Shown here: in pieces, positions 27,658-38,277 of the stretch
How the letters are laid out: each line of letters begins with the position of its first letter
Numbering within the stretch: the first letter of the stretch is position 1
NCBI GenBank assembly: GCA_045652765.1
Contig: JAZOLG010000051.1
Span: 10,576 to 74,575, forward strand
From: Bacilli bacterium
GTDB taxonomy: Bacteria > Bacillota_I > Bacilli_A > ML615J-28 > CAG-313
Direction: 5' to 3'
DNA: 64,000 nucleotides
Notes under the pieces: model-generated
Told to the model about the DNA's origin: nothing
Databases searched by the model: none
The model's input: the letters and a program-made list of their open reading frames with translations, nothing else
Made by a program: the position numbers and the translations under genes

Positions 27658-29325
27658 ATGTTGACAGATTTAGAAATTGCTCAACAAGCGAAAATAGAAA
27701 AAATAATTGATATCGCGAAAAAAATAAATTTAACAGAAGATGATTTAGAATTATATGGGAATTATAAAGCTAAGATTCATCTTGATAAATTACAATCAAA
27801 TAAAAAAGATGCTAAATTAATTTTAGTAACAGCAATTAATCCAACACCAGCAGGTGAAGGAAAATCAACTACAACAATTGGATTAGCTGATGCGATGAAT
27901 AAAATTGGTAAAAATACAGTTGTTGCATTAAGAGAACCAAGTTTTGGGCCGGTTTTAGGTGTAAAAGGAGGAGCAGCAGGTGGAGGTTATGCACAAGTCA
28001 TTCCAATGGAAGATATTAACCTACATTTTACTGGTGACTTACATGCTATAACTACAGCTAATAATGCTATTTGTGCAATGTTAGATAATCATATTCAACA
28101 AGGAAACGAATTAAATATTGATCCAACAAGAATTATTATTCATCGTTGTTTAGATATGAATGATCGTGCATTACGTAATGTTGTAATTGGTCTTGGTGGT
28201 AGTGCAAATGGCGTACCAAGAGAAGACCACTTTGATATTACTGTTGCATCTGAAGTTATGGCAATTCTTTGTTTATCAAATTCCTTAGATGATTTCAAAG
28301 AAAGAATTGGTAGAATGGTTGTGGCTTATACATATGATAGAAAACCTGTAACTGTTAACGATTTAAAAGCAACTGGTGCTATTACTTTAATTATGAAAGA
28401 TGCATTAATGCCTAACCTTGTTCAAACATTAGAACATACGCCAACACTTATTCATGGCGGTCCATTTGCTAATATCGCTCATGGTTGTAACTCTGTAATT
28501 GCAACTAAAACAGCTTTAAAAATGGCAGATTATGTTGTAACTGAAGCAGGTTTTGGTGCAGATTTAGGTGCAGAGAAATTCCTAGATATTAAATGTCGTA
28601 TGGCTGATTTACACCCTTCTTGTGTTGTTATTGTTGCAACAATAAGAGCATTAAAAATGCATGGTGGTGTTGATAAAAAAGATCTATCACAAGAAAATGT
28701 TGAAGCATTACTTGCAGGTATAAAAAATTTAGAAAAACATATTGAAAATATTGGTAAATATAATTTACCATATGTAGTAGCAATTAATCGTTTTGGAACA
28801 GATACAGAAAATGAAATTGAAGCTTTAGCAAATTGGGCAAAAGAAAATAACCATCCAGTAGCACTTTCAGAAGTTTTTGCAAAAGGTGGCCTAGGTGGTA
28901 TTGAACTTGCAGAAAAAGTAGTTCGTGAAATTGAATTACATGATGGATCAGATTCATTCAAACCAATATATGATGTTAATCTAACAATCAAAGAAAAAAT
29001 TACTGCTATTTGTAAAGAAATTTATGGAGCTAAAAATGTTGAATTTTCAACTAATGCTAAAAATCAAATGGCTGCATTAAAACGTAATGGTTGGGATAAA
29101 TTACCTATTTGTATCGCTAAAACACAATATTCACTATCAGATAATCCAAAACTACTAGCACGACCTACAGACTTTACAGTAACAATTCGTGAATTAAAAC
29201 CATCAATTGGTGCAGGCTTTATTGTCGCATTAGCTGGTGACATTATGACAATGCCAGGTTTACCAAAAGAACCAGCAGCAAATAAAATGGATGTTGTTGA
29301 TGGTAAAGCAATTGGTTTATTCTAA
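27658..29325 (+). CDS. fhs: Formate-tetrahydrofolate ligase
   Basis: [44 protein letters not shown]. Confidence 0.97.
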   Translation: MLTDLEIAQQAKIEKIIDIAKKINLTEDDLELYGNYKAKIHLDKLQSNKKDAKLILVTAINPTPAGEGKSTTTIGLADAMNKIGKNTVVALREPSFGPVLGVKGGAAGGGYAQVIPMEDINLHFTGDLHAITTANNAICAMLDNHIQQGNELNIDPTRIIIHRCLDMNDRALRNVVIGLGGSANGVPREDHFDITVASEVMAILCLSNSLDDFKERIGRMVVAYTYDRKPVTVNDLKATGAITLIMKDALMPNLVQTLEHTPTLIHGGPFANIAHGCNSVIATKTALKMADYVVTEAGFGADLGAEKFLDIKCRMADLHPSCVVIVATIRALKMHGGVDKKDLSQENVEALLAGIKNLEKHIENIGKYNLPYVVAINRFGTDTENEIEALANWAKENNHPVALSEVFAKGGLGGIELAEKVVREIELHDGSDSFKPIYDVNLTIKEKITAICKEIYGAKNVEFSTNAKNQMAALKRNGWDKLPICIAKTQYSLSDNPKLLARPTDFTVTIRELKPSIGAGFIVALAGDIMTMPGLPKEPAANKMDVVDGKAIGLF

Positions 29326-29345
29326 AATGTAGATAAGGACTAAAT

Positions 29346-30323
29346 ATGAAAGATTTAAGAGATCCAAATTTTATTAGAATTACAAACAAAGAACTTGCGT
29401 TATCATTTATTGAAAAATCAATTAATGAGTTAAGAGAACAAATTAAAGATGATAAAGTTATTTTAGCTTTATCAGGCGGTGTTGATTCGAATGTTGTTGC
29501 AGCGTTGTTACATAAAGCTATCGGTAAGAACTTATATTGTATTCATGTAAATCATGGATTACTTCGTAAAAATGAAAGTGCAGAAGTATTACATGTATTT
29601 AAAACACAAATGAATTTAAATCTTATTTATTTAGATGTTGAAGATTATTTTTTAGATAAACTTACAAATATAAGTGATCCGGAAGAAAAAAGAAAAATTA
29701 TTGGTAATGAGTTTATTAATTGTTTTGTTGAGGAAGCAAAAAAATTAAATGGAATAAAATATTTAGCACAAGGCACAATATATCCAGACATTACGGAAAG
29801 TAAGGGTATTAAAGCTCACCACAATGTTGGAGGACTTCCAAGTCATTTAAATTTTGAACTTATTGAGCCGTTAAGACTTTTATATAAAGATGAAGTAAGA
29901 CAAATCGGAAAAGCATTAGGTTTATCTGATGAACTTGTATATCGTCAACCTTTCCCAGGCCCTGGTTTAGCAGTGCGTTGCCCAGGTGCAATTACCAAAG
30001 AGCGATTAGAAATTGTTCGTGAAACTGATGCGATTTTACGTGATGAATTTAAAAAGTGTGGATTAAGTGATAAAGTATGGCAATACTTTACCGTGGTTCC
30101 AGAATACAAATCAGTTGGTGTAAAAGATAACAAAAGAACGTATTTATATTTCGTTGTAATTAGAGCAGTTAATTCTATTGACGCAACTACTGCAACTGTT
30201 GAAGAAATTCCATATGATATTTTATTTAAAATTAGAGATCGTATGTTAAATGAAGTAGAAGGAATTAACCGAGTATTAGTTGATATAACACCAAAGCCAA
30301 CTGGCACAATTGAATGGGAATAA
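29346..30323 (+). CDS. guaA: GMP synthase, ATP-pyrophosphatase and dimerisation domains only (no glutaminase domain)
   Basis: LSGGVDS PP-loop, QGTIYPD, KAHHNVGG, RQPFPGPGLAVR, KPTGTIEWE; only 325 aa. Confidence 0.92.
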   Translation: MKDLRDPNFIRITNKELALSFIEKSINELREQIKDDKVILALSGGVDSNVVAALLHKAIGKNLYCIHVNHGLLRKNESAEVLHVFKTQMNLNLIYLDVEDYFLDKLTNISDPEEKRKIIGNEFINCFVEEAKKLNGIKYLAQGTIYPDITESKGIKAHHNVGGLPSHLNFELIEPLRLLYKDEVRQIGKALGLSDELVYRQPFPGPGLAVRCPGAITKERLEIVRETDAILRDEFKKCGLSDKVWQYFTVVPEYKSVGVKDNKRTYLYFVVIRAVNSIDATTATVEEIPYDILFKIRDRMLNEVEGINRVLVDITPKPTGTIEWE

Positions 30324-30332
30324 TATTTATAT

Positions 30333-30399
30333 AAAAAATAAAAAGAACAAATAAAGATATTTAATAAAATATCTTAAAGAATTTGTTCTTTTTTTATTT
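30333..30399 (+). terminator. Terminator ending the pur operon
   Basis: AAAAAGAACAAAT...ATTTGTTCTTTTT long interrupted hairpin with T-tract. Confidence 0.65.
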
Positions 30400-30467
30400 A
30401 AATAAATTGTTTACAAATAATCATAAATAAAGTATAATAATATTATATTTTAGTAAAGAGGAATAAT

Positions 30468-32021
30468 ATGAAAAAATTTAATATCAAATCTGTTGATGAA
30501 ATGACGATTGAAGAATTAGTTGGTCAAGTTATAATGGTAGGATTACCATCAATTTATTTAGATGAACAATATAAAGAATTTATCAAAAAGTATAGTATTG
30601 GTAATTATATTTTATTTGCTAGAAACTATGATAATACTAACCAAATGAAAAGTTTTATGCAAGATTTATATAACTACACTGAATCTATTACGGGCTCATT
30701 TCCACTTGTTTCAATCGATCAAGAAGGTGGAATGGTTGTTAGATTATTTAAAGATGTAACTTTTCCTGCAAGCCCTTTAACAACATCAGCAACAAGTATT
30801 AAAGATGCGCCATATAAGACGGGTTATATTATTGGTAAAGATATGTTAAGTCTTGGAATTAATTTAAACTTAGCACCATGCCTCGAAATTAATGAAGATT
30901 TACTTAATCCTTTAGTGAATGTGCGTGGTTATGGAAAAACGAAAGAATTTGTTTTAACTCAAGCTAAAGCTTTTGTTCATGGAATTCAAGATAGTGGAGC
31001 ATTAAGTTGTATCAAACATTTCCCAGGCGCTGGATCTAGCACCAAAGATTCACATTTAGAACTTCCAATTATCGAAGATTCTAAAGAAGATTTACTAAAT
31101 TATAATATGTACCCATTTGTCAATTTAACAGAAAGTGATGCTTTAATGACTAGTCACTGTTTATATAAATCTTTTGATGAGCTTCCATCAACTCTTTCAC
31201 ATGTTTTATTAACTGATGTATTAAGAAAAGAAATTGGATTTCAGGGCTTAATTATTTCTGATGGAATGGAAATGAAAGCCATATCTGACGTATACGGCAT
31301 TGGAAAAGGTTCAGTAATGGCTTTAAATGCTGGTTGTGATATTTTGTTATTGTGTCATGATTATGATGAACAAAAAGCTTCATTTGATGCAGTATTAGAT
31401 GCAGTTAGAAATGGTGATATAGATATAGCATTATTAAAAGAAAAAGTTCAAAGAATTAATCTTGCAAAAGAAAAAATATTAAATTATTTAAACAAATATT
31501 TTACTGATGAAGATTATATTATTAACAATGAAGAACATCAATTAATGGAATCAATTGTAGATAATTCTTTTACTTTAATAAGCGGTGAAGAACCAAAACT
31601 AGATTCCAACACTTTAATTATTTCAAGTAATGCGAAAGTTGGAAGTATAGTTGAAGATGAGTTTGACGAAAGAAATTTGACTAATGCTTTAAAACATAAT
31701 TTTCCAAATAATTTAGTTCTTAAATTTAGATCAGATTTAGAATTTATTGATGAAGCTTTAAATATATCAGAAAAATATAATAACATTGTGATTTATTCGT
31801 ACGATGCATATAAGGATGAAGTACAAAAAGAAGTTATTAATAAATTATTAGAAACAGATAAAAATATATATGTGGTATCTATTAAAGGTCCAATTGATCG
31901 AGTACATTTTAATAATTTAAAAAACTATTCATGTTTATATGAATATACACCAAATAGTATAAAGACTATTGTTAAACAATTAAAAAAAGAAATATCATTA
32001 AATGGTAAAATACCAATGTAA
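30468..32021 (+). CDS. nagZ: GH3 beta-N-acetylhexosaminidase
   Basis: ILFARN, IDQEGGMVVR, KHFPGAG...DSH, ISDGMEMKA. Confidence 0.8.
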   Translation: MKKFNIKSVDEMTIEELVGQVIMVGLPSIYLDEQYKEFIKKYSIGNYILFARNYDNTNQMKSFMQDLYNYTESITGSFPLVSIDQEGGMVVRLFKDVTFPASPLTTSATSIKDAPYKTGYIIGKDMLSLGINLNLAPCLEINEDLLNPLVNVRGYGKTKEFVLTQAKAFVHGIQDSGALSCIKHFPGAGSSTKDSHLELPIIEDSKEDLLNYNMYPFVNLTESDALMTSHCLYKSFDELPSTLSHVLLTDVLRKEIGFQGLIISDGMEMKAISDVYGIGKGSVMALNAGCDILLLCHDYDEQKASFDAVLDAVRNGDIDIALLKEKVQRINLAKEKILNYLNKYFTDEDYIINNEEHQLMESIVDNSFTLISGEEPKLDSNTLIISSNAKVGSIVEDEFDERNLTNALKHNFPNNLVLKFRSDLEFIDEALNISEKYNNIVIYSYDAYKDEVQKEVINKLLETDKNIYVVSIKGPIDRVHFNNLKNYSCLYEYTPNSIKTIVKQLKKEISLNGKIPM

Positions 32022-32045
32022 TAATATATAAGTGAGGATTCAAAA

Positions 32046-32843
32046 ATGAAAGTATTTATTAGTGCAGATATTGAAGGAGTTAACAATATTGTAAGTTGGG
32101 ATGAAACAGAATTAAATCATCCAGAGTATCAGTATTTTAGACGTCAGATGACTGAAGAAGTAAGAAGAGCATGTGTTGCATGCTATAAAGCAGGTGCAAC
32201 AGAGATTTTTATCAAAGATGCACATGATTCAGCCAAAAACTTAATTTTAACTGAACTTCCAGATTATGTTAAACTTCATCGTGGTTGGGAAGGGTGTCCA
32301 TGCAGTATGATGGCAAGTCTTGATGAATCATTCGATGCTGTTATTTTTATTGGCTATCACAGCCCAGCATCAAGTGATGGTAACCCACTTTCTCATACAA
32401 TGAATTTAAGAAACCAATATGTTAAAATTAATGGTATACTTGCAAGTGAATTTCACATTAATGCTTTATACGCAAACTATTTAGGGGTACCGGTTGCTTT
32501 TTTGAGTGGAGATGAAAACTTAACAAAAATAGTTAAAGAATTTAATCCAAACATTGAAACTGTATCAACTAAAACAGGTGTTCATGGTGCAGTAGTTAGC
32601 AGACATCCTAATGTTACAAATCAAGAAATTGAAAATACTGTTGAACTTGCATTAAAAAAAGATTTAAAAAATAATTTAATTGAAATGCCTAAACATTTTG
32701 AAATAGAAATTCAATATAAAAAATTTAATGATGCATTTAATGCTTCATTCTATCCTGGTTGTAAACTAGTAAATAGTAATACAATTTTATTTGAATCAGA
32801 TGATTATTATGAAGTTGTAAGAGCATTTAAATTTATTTTATAA
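32046..32843 (+). CDS. dppA: M55 family D-aminopeptidase
   Basis: FISADIEG, DAHD, FIGYH, LSHT, LSGD. Confidence 0.88.
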   Translation: MKVFISADIEGVNNIVSWDETELNHPEYQYFRRQMTEEVRRACVACYKAGATEIFIKDAHDSAKNLILTELPDYVKLHRGWEGCPCSMMASLDESFDAVIFIGYHSPASSDGNPLSHTMNLRNQYVKINGILASEFHINALYANYLGVPVAFLSGDENLTKIVKEFNPNIETVSTKTGVHGAVVSRHPNVTNQEIENTVELALKKDLKNNLIEMPKHFEIEIQYKKFNDAFNASFYPGCKLVNSNTILFESDDYYEVVRAFKFIL

Positions 32844-32861
32844 TTGAAATTGAATAAATAA

Positions 32862-32898
32862 AAAAAAAGTGTAATTTATAAATAATTACACTTTTTTT
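32862..32898 (+). terminator. Intrinsic terminator
   Basis: AAAAAAAGTGTAATT...AATTACACTTTTTTT. Confidence 0.75.
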
Positions 32899-33039
32899 GT
32901 TAGAAATATGATAAAAATTAAATTATTTAAACGATTAAAGAAATATTATAATATTTGATGAAGAAATATATATAAATCTATTGACAAAAACACAGCATTA
33001 ATGATTTAATATGATTAATAAAAAAGAAGGAGAAAGCAT

Positions 33040-34449
33040 ATGGAAAAAGTTAAAAAGCAGTATGGTCTATGGACTGGTATGGCAATGGTTATTGGAATCG
33101 TTATTGGTTCTGGTGTATTCTTAAAAGCAGGTGGTGTATTACAACTATCAGGTGGTGATTTAAAGATGTCCCTTCTTGCCTGGTTAGTTGGTGGATTAAT
33201 CATGATTGCTTCTGGATTTTGTTTTGCGGTTTTCGCAACTCGTATTACAAAGTATAATGGTGTTATTGACTATGTAGAAACAGCTACTAATAAACGTATA
33301 GGATATCATCTTGCATGGCTAGTAACAACATTCTATTATCCAATTGTTGCATCTATTGTTTCATTATTTGCGGGAAGTTATTTTTTCAAACTTGTTGGTT
33401 TGAATATTGGTTTAACAGATTGGCAAAATTTCTTATTTGCTTTCGTTATATTAATATTATTTGTTGCATTAAATTATTTATCACCAATGTTATCATCTAA
33501 ATTTCAAGTTTCTGCAACTGTTATTAAGTTAATTCCTATTGGAATAATTGCAGTAGCTGGTTTATTTGCATCATTAATTGTTGGTGGAAATTTTGGTATT
33601 ATTAATGCAATTAAAGATCCAGCTGTTGGATTTCAATTAAACTTTGGTGAAGCAGTTAAGAAAACTGCGTTTGCATATGAAGGTTGGGTTTGTGCTACGG
33701 CTATTAATGCTGAACTTAAAGATTCAAAGAAAAATTTACCTAAAGCTTTAGTATTTGGTACTATTGCAATTTTAGTATTTTATATTATTTACTATATTGG
33801 CTTATCTGCATTCTTAGGTAATGGTGGAACTATTCTTCAAGATGCTAATGCTCCGATTGCTGTATTCGAATCATTAATGGGAAAAATTGGTGGTGCGTTC
33901 TTTACATTCTTTATTATGATTTCATGTTTAGGAACTGTTAATGGTGTAGCAATTAGTTGTTGTCGTGGAATGTATACTATGAGTTGTCGTGGACAAGGTA
34001 TTATGCCAGAACAATTTTCAAAACTAGGTAAAAATCAAAGTGTTTCTTTATTATCATGTTTATATGGTTTATTCTGCATGATTTTAATGCTTGGTGTTTG
34101 GTATCTTGCAATGCATGGAGTTTGGCTATTTAAATATCTTGGTAGTATGGATGAAATAGTTTGTGCAATCATCTATGGTGTTTATATTACAATGTATGTT
34201 TATATTATTCGTAACTTTAAATATGAAAGTACATTAAAACGATATGTTATGCCAATTATTGCAATTATTGGATCATTATTCTTTGTAATTTGTGGTACTG
34301 GTATTTATCAATTAGTATTTACAGGTAGTATGGAAAGTTTAAAAGCATTTGGTGTATTTATGATTTTATTTGCTATTTTAATGGCTCCATCACTATTATT
34401 TTATAATCCAAATGGTAAAGAAATTATTACTGGTGAATTTGAGGTTTAG
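33040..34449 (+). CDS. APC-family amino acid permease
   Basis: GIVIGSGVF, FAYEGW, ELKDSKKNLP; about 12 TM helices. Confidence 0.9.
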   Translation: MEKVKKQYGLWTGMAMVIGIVIGSGVFLKAGGVLQLSGGDLKMSLLAWLVGGLIMIASGFCFAVFATRITKYNGVIDYVETATNKRIGYHLAWLVTTFYYPIVASIVSLFAGSYFFKLVGLNIGLTDWQNFLFAFVILILFVALNYLSPMLSSKFQVSATVIKLIPIGIIAVAGLFASLIVGGNFGIINAIKDPAVGFQLNFGEAVKKTAFAYEGWVCATAINAELKDSKKNLPKALVFGTIAILVFYIIYYIGLSAFLGNGGTILQDANAPIAVFESLMGKIGGAFFTFFIMISCLGTVNGVAISCCRGMYTMSCRGQGIMPEQFSKLGKNQSVSLLSCLYGLFCMILMLGVWYLAMHGVWLFKYLGSMDEIVCAIIYGVYITMYVYIIRNFKYESTLKRYVMPIIAIIGSLFFVICGTGIYQLVFTGSMESLKAFGVFMILFAILMAPSLLFYNPNGKEIITGEFEV

Positions 34450-34470
34450 ACTTTTGTCTAAACCTTTTTT
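34442..34470 (+). terminator. Intrinsic terminator
   Basis: AGGTTTAGAC-tttt-GTCTAAACCT plus T-tract. Confidence 0.8.
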
Positions 34471-34553
34471 ATATAATTAGACATTTTTCGAAAAAAGTGA
34501 TATAATAAAAGCAATGTATGTTATAGTGATTTATATTAATTTTTGGAGGGTTT

Positions 34554-36272
34554 ATGACATTATACATTATTGAAACAATACTATTTATGATTGCTGCTAT
34601 TGGAGCATTATTGATTGGTTTTGAAATGTTAAGTAATGGTATTACAATGATTTTCCATACACAACTAAAAAAACTTTTTAATAAAACTTCAAATAGTCCA
34701 ATAATTGGTGTTTTAATAGGTGCTGCAGCAACTGCAATTGTTCAGTCATCTGGCGCTACAACAATCATGGTTGTAGGTTTTGTTAATACTGGAATAATGA
34801 ATCTTTTCCAAGCAACAGCAATGATTATGGGTGCAAACATTGGTACAACAATTACAGCACAAATTGCATCACTTAGTGGTGGAGCTGGTTTTGACTTTGG
34901 AGCAATGGCTCTGGGATTAACTGGTATAGGTGCTTTAATTACAATGTTTACAAAAAACGAGAAGGTAAAATCAATTGGTAATTTACTTGCTGGCCTTGGA
35001 CTTTTATTCTTAGGTTTAGAATGTATGTCTATTGCAATAGGCAAAACTTATAATGGTAATCCGGTTATTAAAGATGCTATTAAAAATATTTTGGCAAGCC
35101 CATTTGTAAGTGAAGGATTCTTTGCTCCTATCATTTTATTTGTCCTTGGTATTGTACTTACAGGTATTACTCAATCTTCCTCACTTATCACATCAATTGT
35201 TATTACGTTTGTTGCGAATGGTATTTATATTGGTGCCGGTAAAGATGCAACATCTCTAAATAATAATGTATTATTCTTAATTTTAGGTTCTAATATTGGA
35301 TCATGTGTAACAGCACTTTTATCTTCAATGGGTGCATCAAAGAATGCTAAACGTGCAAGTATAATTCATATTTTATTTAATACTTTTGGTTCAATCTTAT
35401 TCATGATCATATTATTATTAATTCCAAACCTAATGGAAAAGACACTTGTTAAATGGTTTGCTTCTCCTGGTTCACAAATAGCGATGTTCCATACATTCTT
35501 TAATACATTATGTACAATTTTATTCTTACCATTTATCAAAGTATTTGTTAAACTTGCAACTATGCTTGTTAAAGAAAAAGAAGAAGTAAATGAAGGTCCA
35601 TCACTAGTATTTGTCGATGAACGTATTTTATCTACACCATCAGTTGCGGTTCATCAAGTAAGAAAAGAACTTGGACTTATGTATTCTAAAGCAATGAACA
35701 TTTTAAATATGTCACTTGATGGTTTCCTAAATAAAGATGTTTCTTTAAGGGCTGAAGTCGACAAAGTTAATGAAGAACTAGAAGTAACTAATAAACTTGT
35801 TATCGAGTATATTGTTAAACTTACTTCTCAACAACTAGCACTTGAAGATGAATCAACAATTACATCATTCCATAGAACACTTAACGATATCTTACGTATT
35901 GGTGAAATTGCTGAAAACATTTGTAAGTATACTAAACAAACAATTACAAATGAATTGGTATTTTCACCGAATGTAATGTTACATATTGGTTTTATGAAAA
36001 ATAAAGTTAATGCTTTATATGAAAAATCAGATGAAGTATTCTTAACTAAAAATATTGATAAGATTAAAGAAGCAGATGTTATTGAAGAAGAAATTGACTT
36101 GATGCGTAAACAATTAATCGAAGATCATATGGATCGTTTAAAGAAAAATGAATGTAGTCCACAAAATAGTGGAGTCTATGTTAACTTAGTTAACAATATG
36201 GAAAGAGCTGCTGACCATATGGTTTATATTGCATATTCTGTTAAAGAAGCAAAAGAACAATTTCATAAGTAA
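34554..36272 (+). CDS. Na/Pi cotransporter with C-terminal PhoU domains
   Basis: Two QSS motifs, GANIGTTITA, GSNIGSC; helical C-terminus with ERAADH. Confidence 0.92.
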   Translation: MTLYIIETILFMIAAIGALLIGFEMLSNGITMIFHTQLKKLFNKTSNSPIIGVLIGAAATAIVQSSGATTIMVVGFVNTGIMNLFQATAMIMGANIGTTITAQIASLSGGAGFDFGAMALGLTGIGALITMFTKNEKVKSIGNLLAGLGLLFLGLECMSIAIGKTYNGNPVIKDAIKNILASPFVSEGFFAPIILFVLGIVLTGITQSSSLITSIVITFVANGIYIGAGKDATSLNNNVLFLILGSNIGSCVTALLSSMGASKNAKRASIIHILFNTFGSILFMIILLLIPNLMEKTLVKWFASPGSQIAMFHTFFNTLCTILFLPFIKVFVKLATMLVKEKEEVNEGPSLVFVDERILSTPSVAVHQVRKELGLMYSKAMNILNMSLDGFLNKDVSLRAEVDKVNEELEVTNKLVIEYIVKLTSQQLALEDESTITSFHRTLNDILRIGEIAENICKYTKQTITNELVFSPNVMLHIGFMKNKVNALYEKSDEVFLTKNIDKIKEADVIEEEIDLMRKQLIEDHMDRLKKNECSPQNSGVYVNLVNNMERAADHMVYIAYSVKEAKEQFHK

Positions 36273-36277
36273 AAAAT

Positions 36278-36310
36278 AAACTACTGATTAAAAAAAATCA
36301 GTAGTTTTTT
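36278..36310 (+). terminator. Intrinsic terminator
   Basis: AAACTACTGATT...AATCAGTAGTTT plus T-tract. Confidence 0.75.
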
Positions 36311-36375
36311 ATTTCTATTTGTATAATTAGAAAGATTGTGATATAATAATTGTAAAGTAACATATGAGGTATATT

Positions 36376-37461
36376 ATGAACAATAATTTTGAGGAAATAT
36401 TAATAAAAGCTAAAGAACTAGAAAAAATTGAAGATTTTGAAGTAGCAGTAAATTATCGTGATTTTGAAATGGCTATTACATCAATTGCTAGTAGTTATAA
36501 AATTGATGAAGAATTACAATTAAATTTAATAAATGAAATTGAAAAAACACTTGAAGAAAACGATAAATTAGCATTTATTTTATTTTTTGTTTTATTTACA
36601 ATGGCAAGACGTCAAAACTTTGGTAATATATATGATTTAGTTAATCAATATGAAAAATACTTTACAAAGTATGAAATTATTAATCATATTAGATTAATGG
36701 CTGCACTTGTCAAACTTACTAATACAAAAAAGATTTATCGTGAAATTTTAAAGGCAAAAATACTTTTAGAAAAGAAATCACCTAATTCTAATTTTGCAAA
36801 TCATGTTGGTTTCTTAAATGCTTTTTGTAGTTTAATTTGTAAATATTTTGAATATGAACTGGACGAAAGAAAAGATCAAGATAATAAAAAACTATTAGAA
36901 CTTAGTTTAATATGTATTAATAAGGCAATCAAACTAGAAACAAGTGAAAAAGGCATTGATAATGTTTATAATAAATTTTATTTAAACCGTGGCCGCGTAT
37001 TAATTTTACTTGGGCAATACGCAAAAGGTGAAGATGATATTTTAAAATCAATTGAACTTTTACCATATTCAGTTGATCGTGATTCTAAGATCAATGAATA
37101 TAATCAATATCTTGTAAAATCTTCAATCATTCATGCATATGATTTAAACGAAACAAAAGTTGAAGACTTAGATAGAATAAAGGTAAGTAACTATAAATCA
37201 ATTGCGTTAATGACAACTTTACTGGGATTTTTATTAGGTACTATTAATATTTTTACAACAATAACTGATCGTTTTACATTACTTGCTTTAATGCTTGGTT
37301 ATTGTGGTTTATTATTAGTTTTAGTGGGAACCATTCTTTTAGGTTTTTCGTTAAACTTTAAAGAACATAAAAAACGTTTATATATATATGATGTTTTAAT
37401 TATTTTATTAGGTGCTTTGATTTTTGTTGGGACAATGATTTTAATTAATTGGGGAAGATAA
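36376..37461 (+). CDS. Hypothetical protein with TPR-like helices and about 3 C-terminal TM helices
   Basis: FYLNRGRVLILLGQYAKGEDDILKSIEL is TPR-like; hydrophobic C-terminus; start placed after GAGGT. Confidence 0.6.
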   Translation: MNNNFEEILIKAKELEKIEDFEVAVNYRDFEMAITSIASSYKIDEELQLNLINEIEKTLEENDKLAFILFFVLFTMARRQNFGNIYDLVNQYEKYFTKYEIINHIRLMAALVKLTNTKKIYREILKAKILLEKKSPNSNFANHVGFLNAFCSLICKYFEYELDERKDQDNKKLLELSLICINKAIKLETSEKGIDNVYNKFYLNRGRVLILLGQYAKGEDDILKSIELLPYSVDRDSKINEYNQYLVKSSIIHAYDLNETKVEDLDRIKVSNYKSIALMTTLLGFLLGTINIFTTITDRFTLLALMLGYCGLLLVLVGTILLGFSLNFKEHKKRLYIYDVLIILLGALIFVGTMILINWGR

Positions 37462-37462
37462 T

Positions 37463-38266
37463 ATGAAAATAACTGCTAAAACAAGAAAATCTCATTATTG
37501 GAATGAAGATCGATTTGTCTTAGGAAAAGATTACTTTATGGTAATCGATGGCGCAACGCCACTTATTAAAACTAATAATTTTAATGAAGCTTGTTGGCTT
37601 GTTAATTTTATTAAACAAAATATTAATGAATTAGATGGTTCGATAAAAGAACGTTTAAATGTTTTATCGCGTGAAGGATTTAATAAACTTCCAGTTAAAA
37701 TTAAGGAAGAAGATTATCTTCCATCCGCAAGCCTTTCGTATGTTGAAATTAAAGATGACAAATTTGTTGCTTATACTCTAGGTGATTGTGAAGTTACATT
37801 TGTTTTAAAAGATGGTAAAATTATAAGATGCTTTGAAACAGATCTTCAAAAACTTGATGATGTTTCAATAAAAGAATTAGTTTATCATGCGAAAGAAAAA
37901 AATATTCATGTTGTTGAGGCAAGACCTTATATTAAAGAGACATTATTAAAACACCGCAAGATGATTAATAAACCCAATGGTTATAGAGCTTTTTCTTTAA
38001 CATATGAACCAAAAATTGAACCATACGTTTATGAAATAAGAAAAGATGATGTAAAAGAAATATATATATATTCAGATGGTTTTTCTCAAAGTTTTGAACA
38101 TTTAAATATTTATAGTAGTCATAAAGAAATGTTTTCTAAAAGTCTTAATTTAGATGAAGAAATTAAAAAAATTAAAGAACAAGCTTTTATGGATAAATAT
38201 TGTGATAAATATCCAAGACTTAAAAAAATCGATGATATTACAGTTATTAAAATTGAAATTGAATAA
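37463..38266 (+). CDS. PP2C-like phosphatase domain protein
   Basis: NEDRF, VIDGAT, LGDC, YSDGF, DDITV metal-binding motifs. Confidence 0.8.
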   Translation: MKITAKTRKSHYWNEDRFVLGKDYFMVIDGATPLIKTNNFNEACWLVNFIKQNINELDGSIKERLNVLSREGFNKLPVKIKEEDYLPSASLSYVEIKDDKFVAYTLGDCEVTFVLKDGKIIRCFETDLQKLDDVSIKELVYHAKEKNIHVVEARPYIKETLLKHRKMINKPNGYRAFSLTYEPKIEPYVYEIRKDDVKEIYIYSDGFSQSFEHLNIYSSHKEMFSKSLNLDEEIKKIKEQAFMDKYCDKYPRLKKIDDITVIKIEIE

Positions 38267-38277
38267 AGGAGGTATAT

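Noticed and set aside
29325-29346. guaA pseudogene truncated by deletion
   Set aside because: Clean RBS and start, and all synthetase motifs intact through the terminal IEWE; treated as a functional split form.
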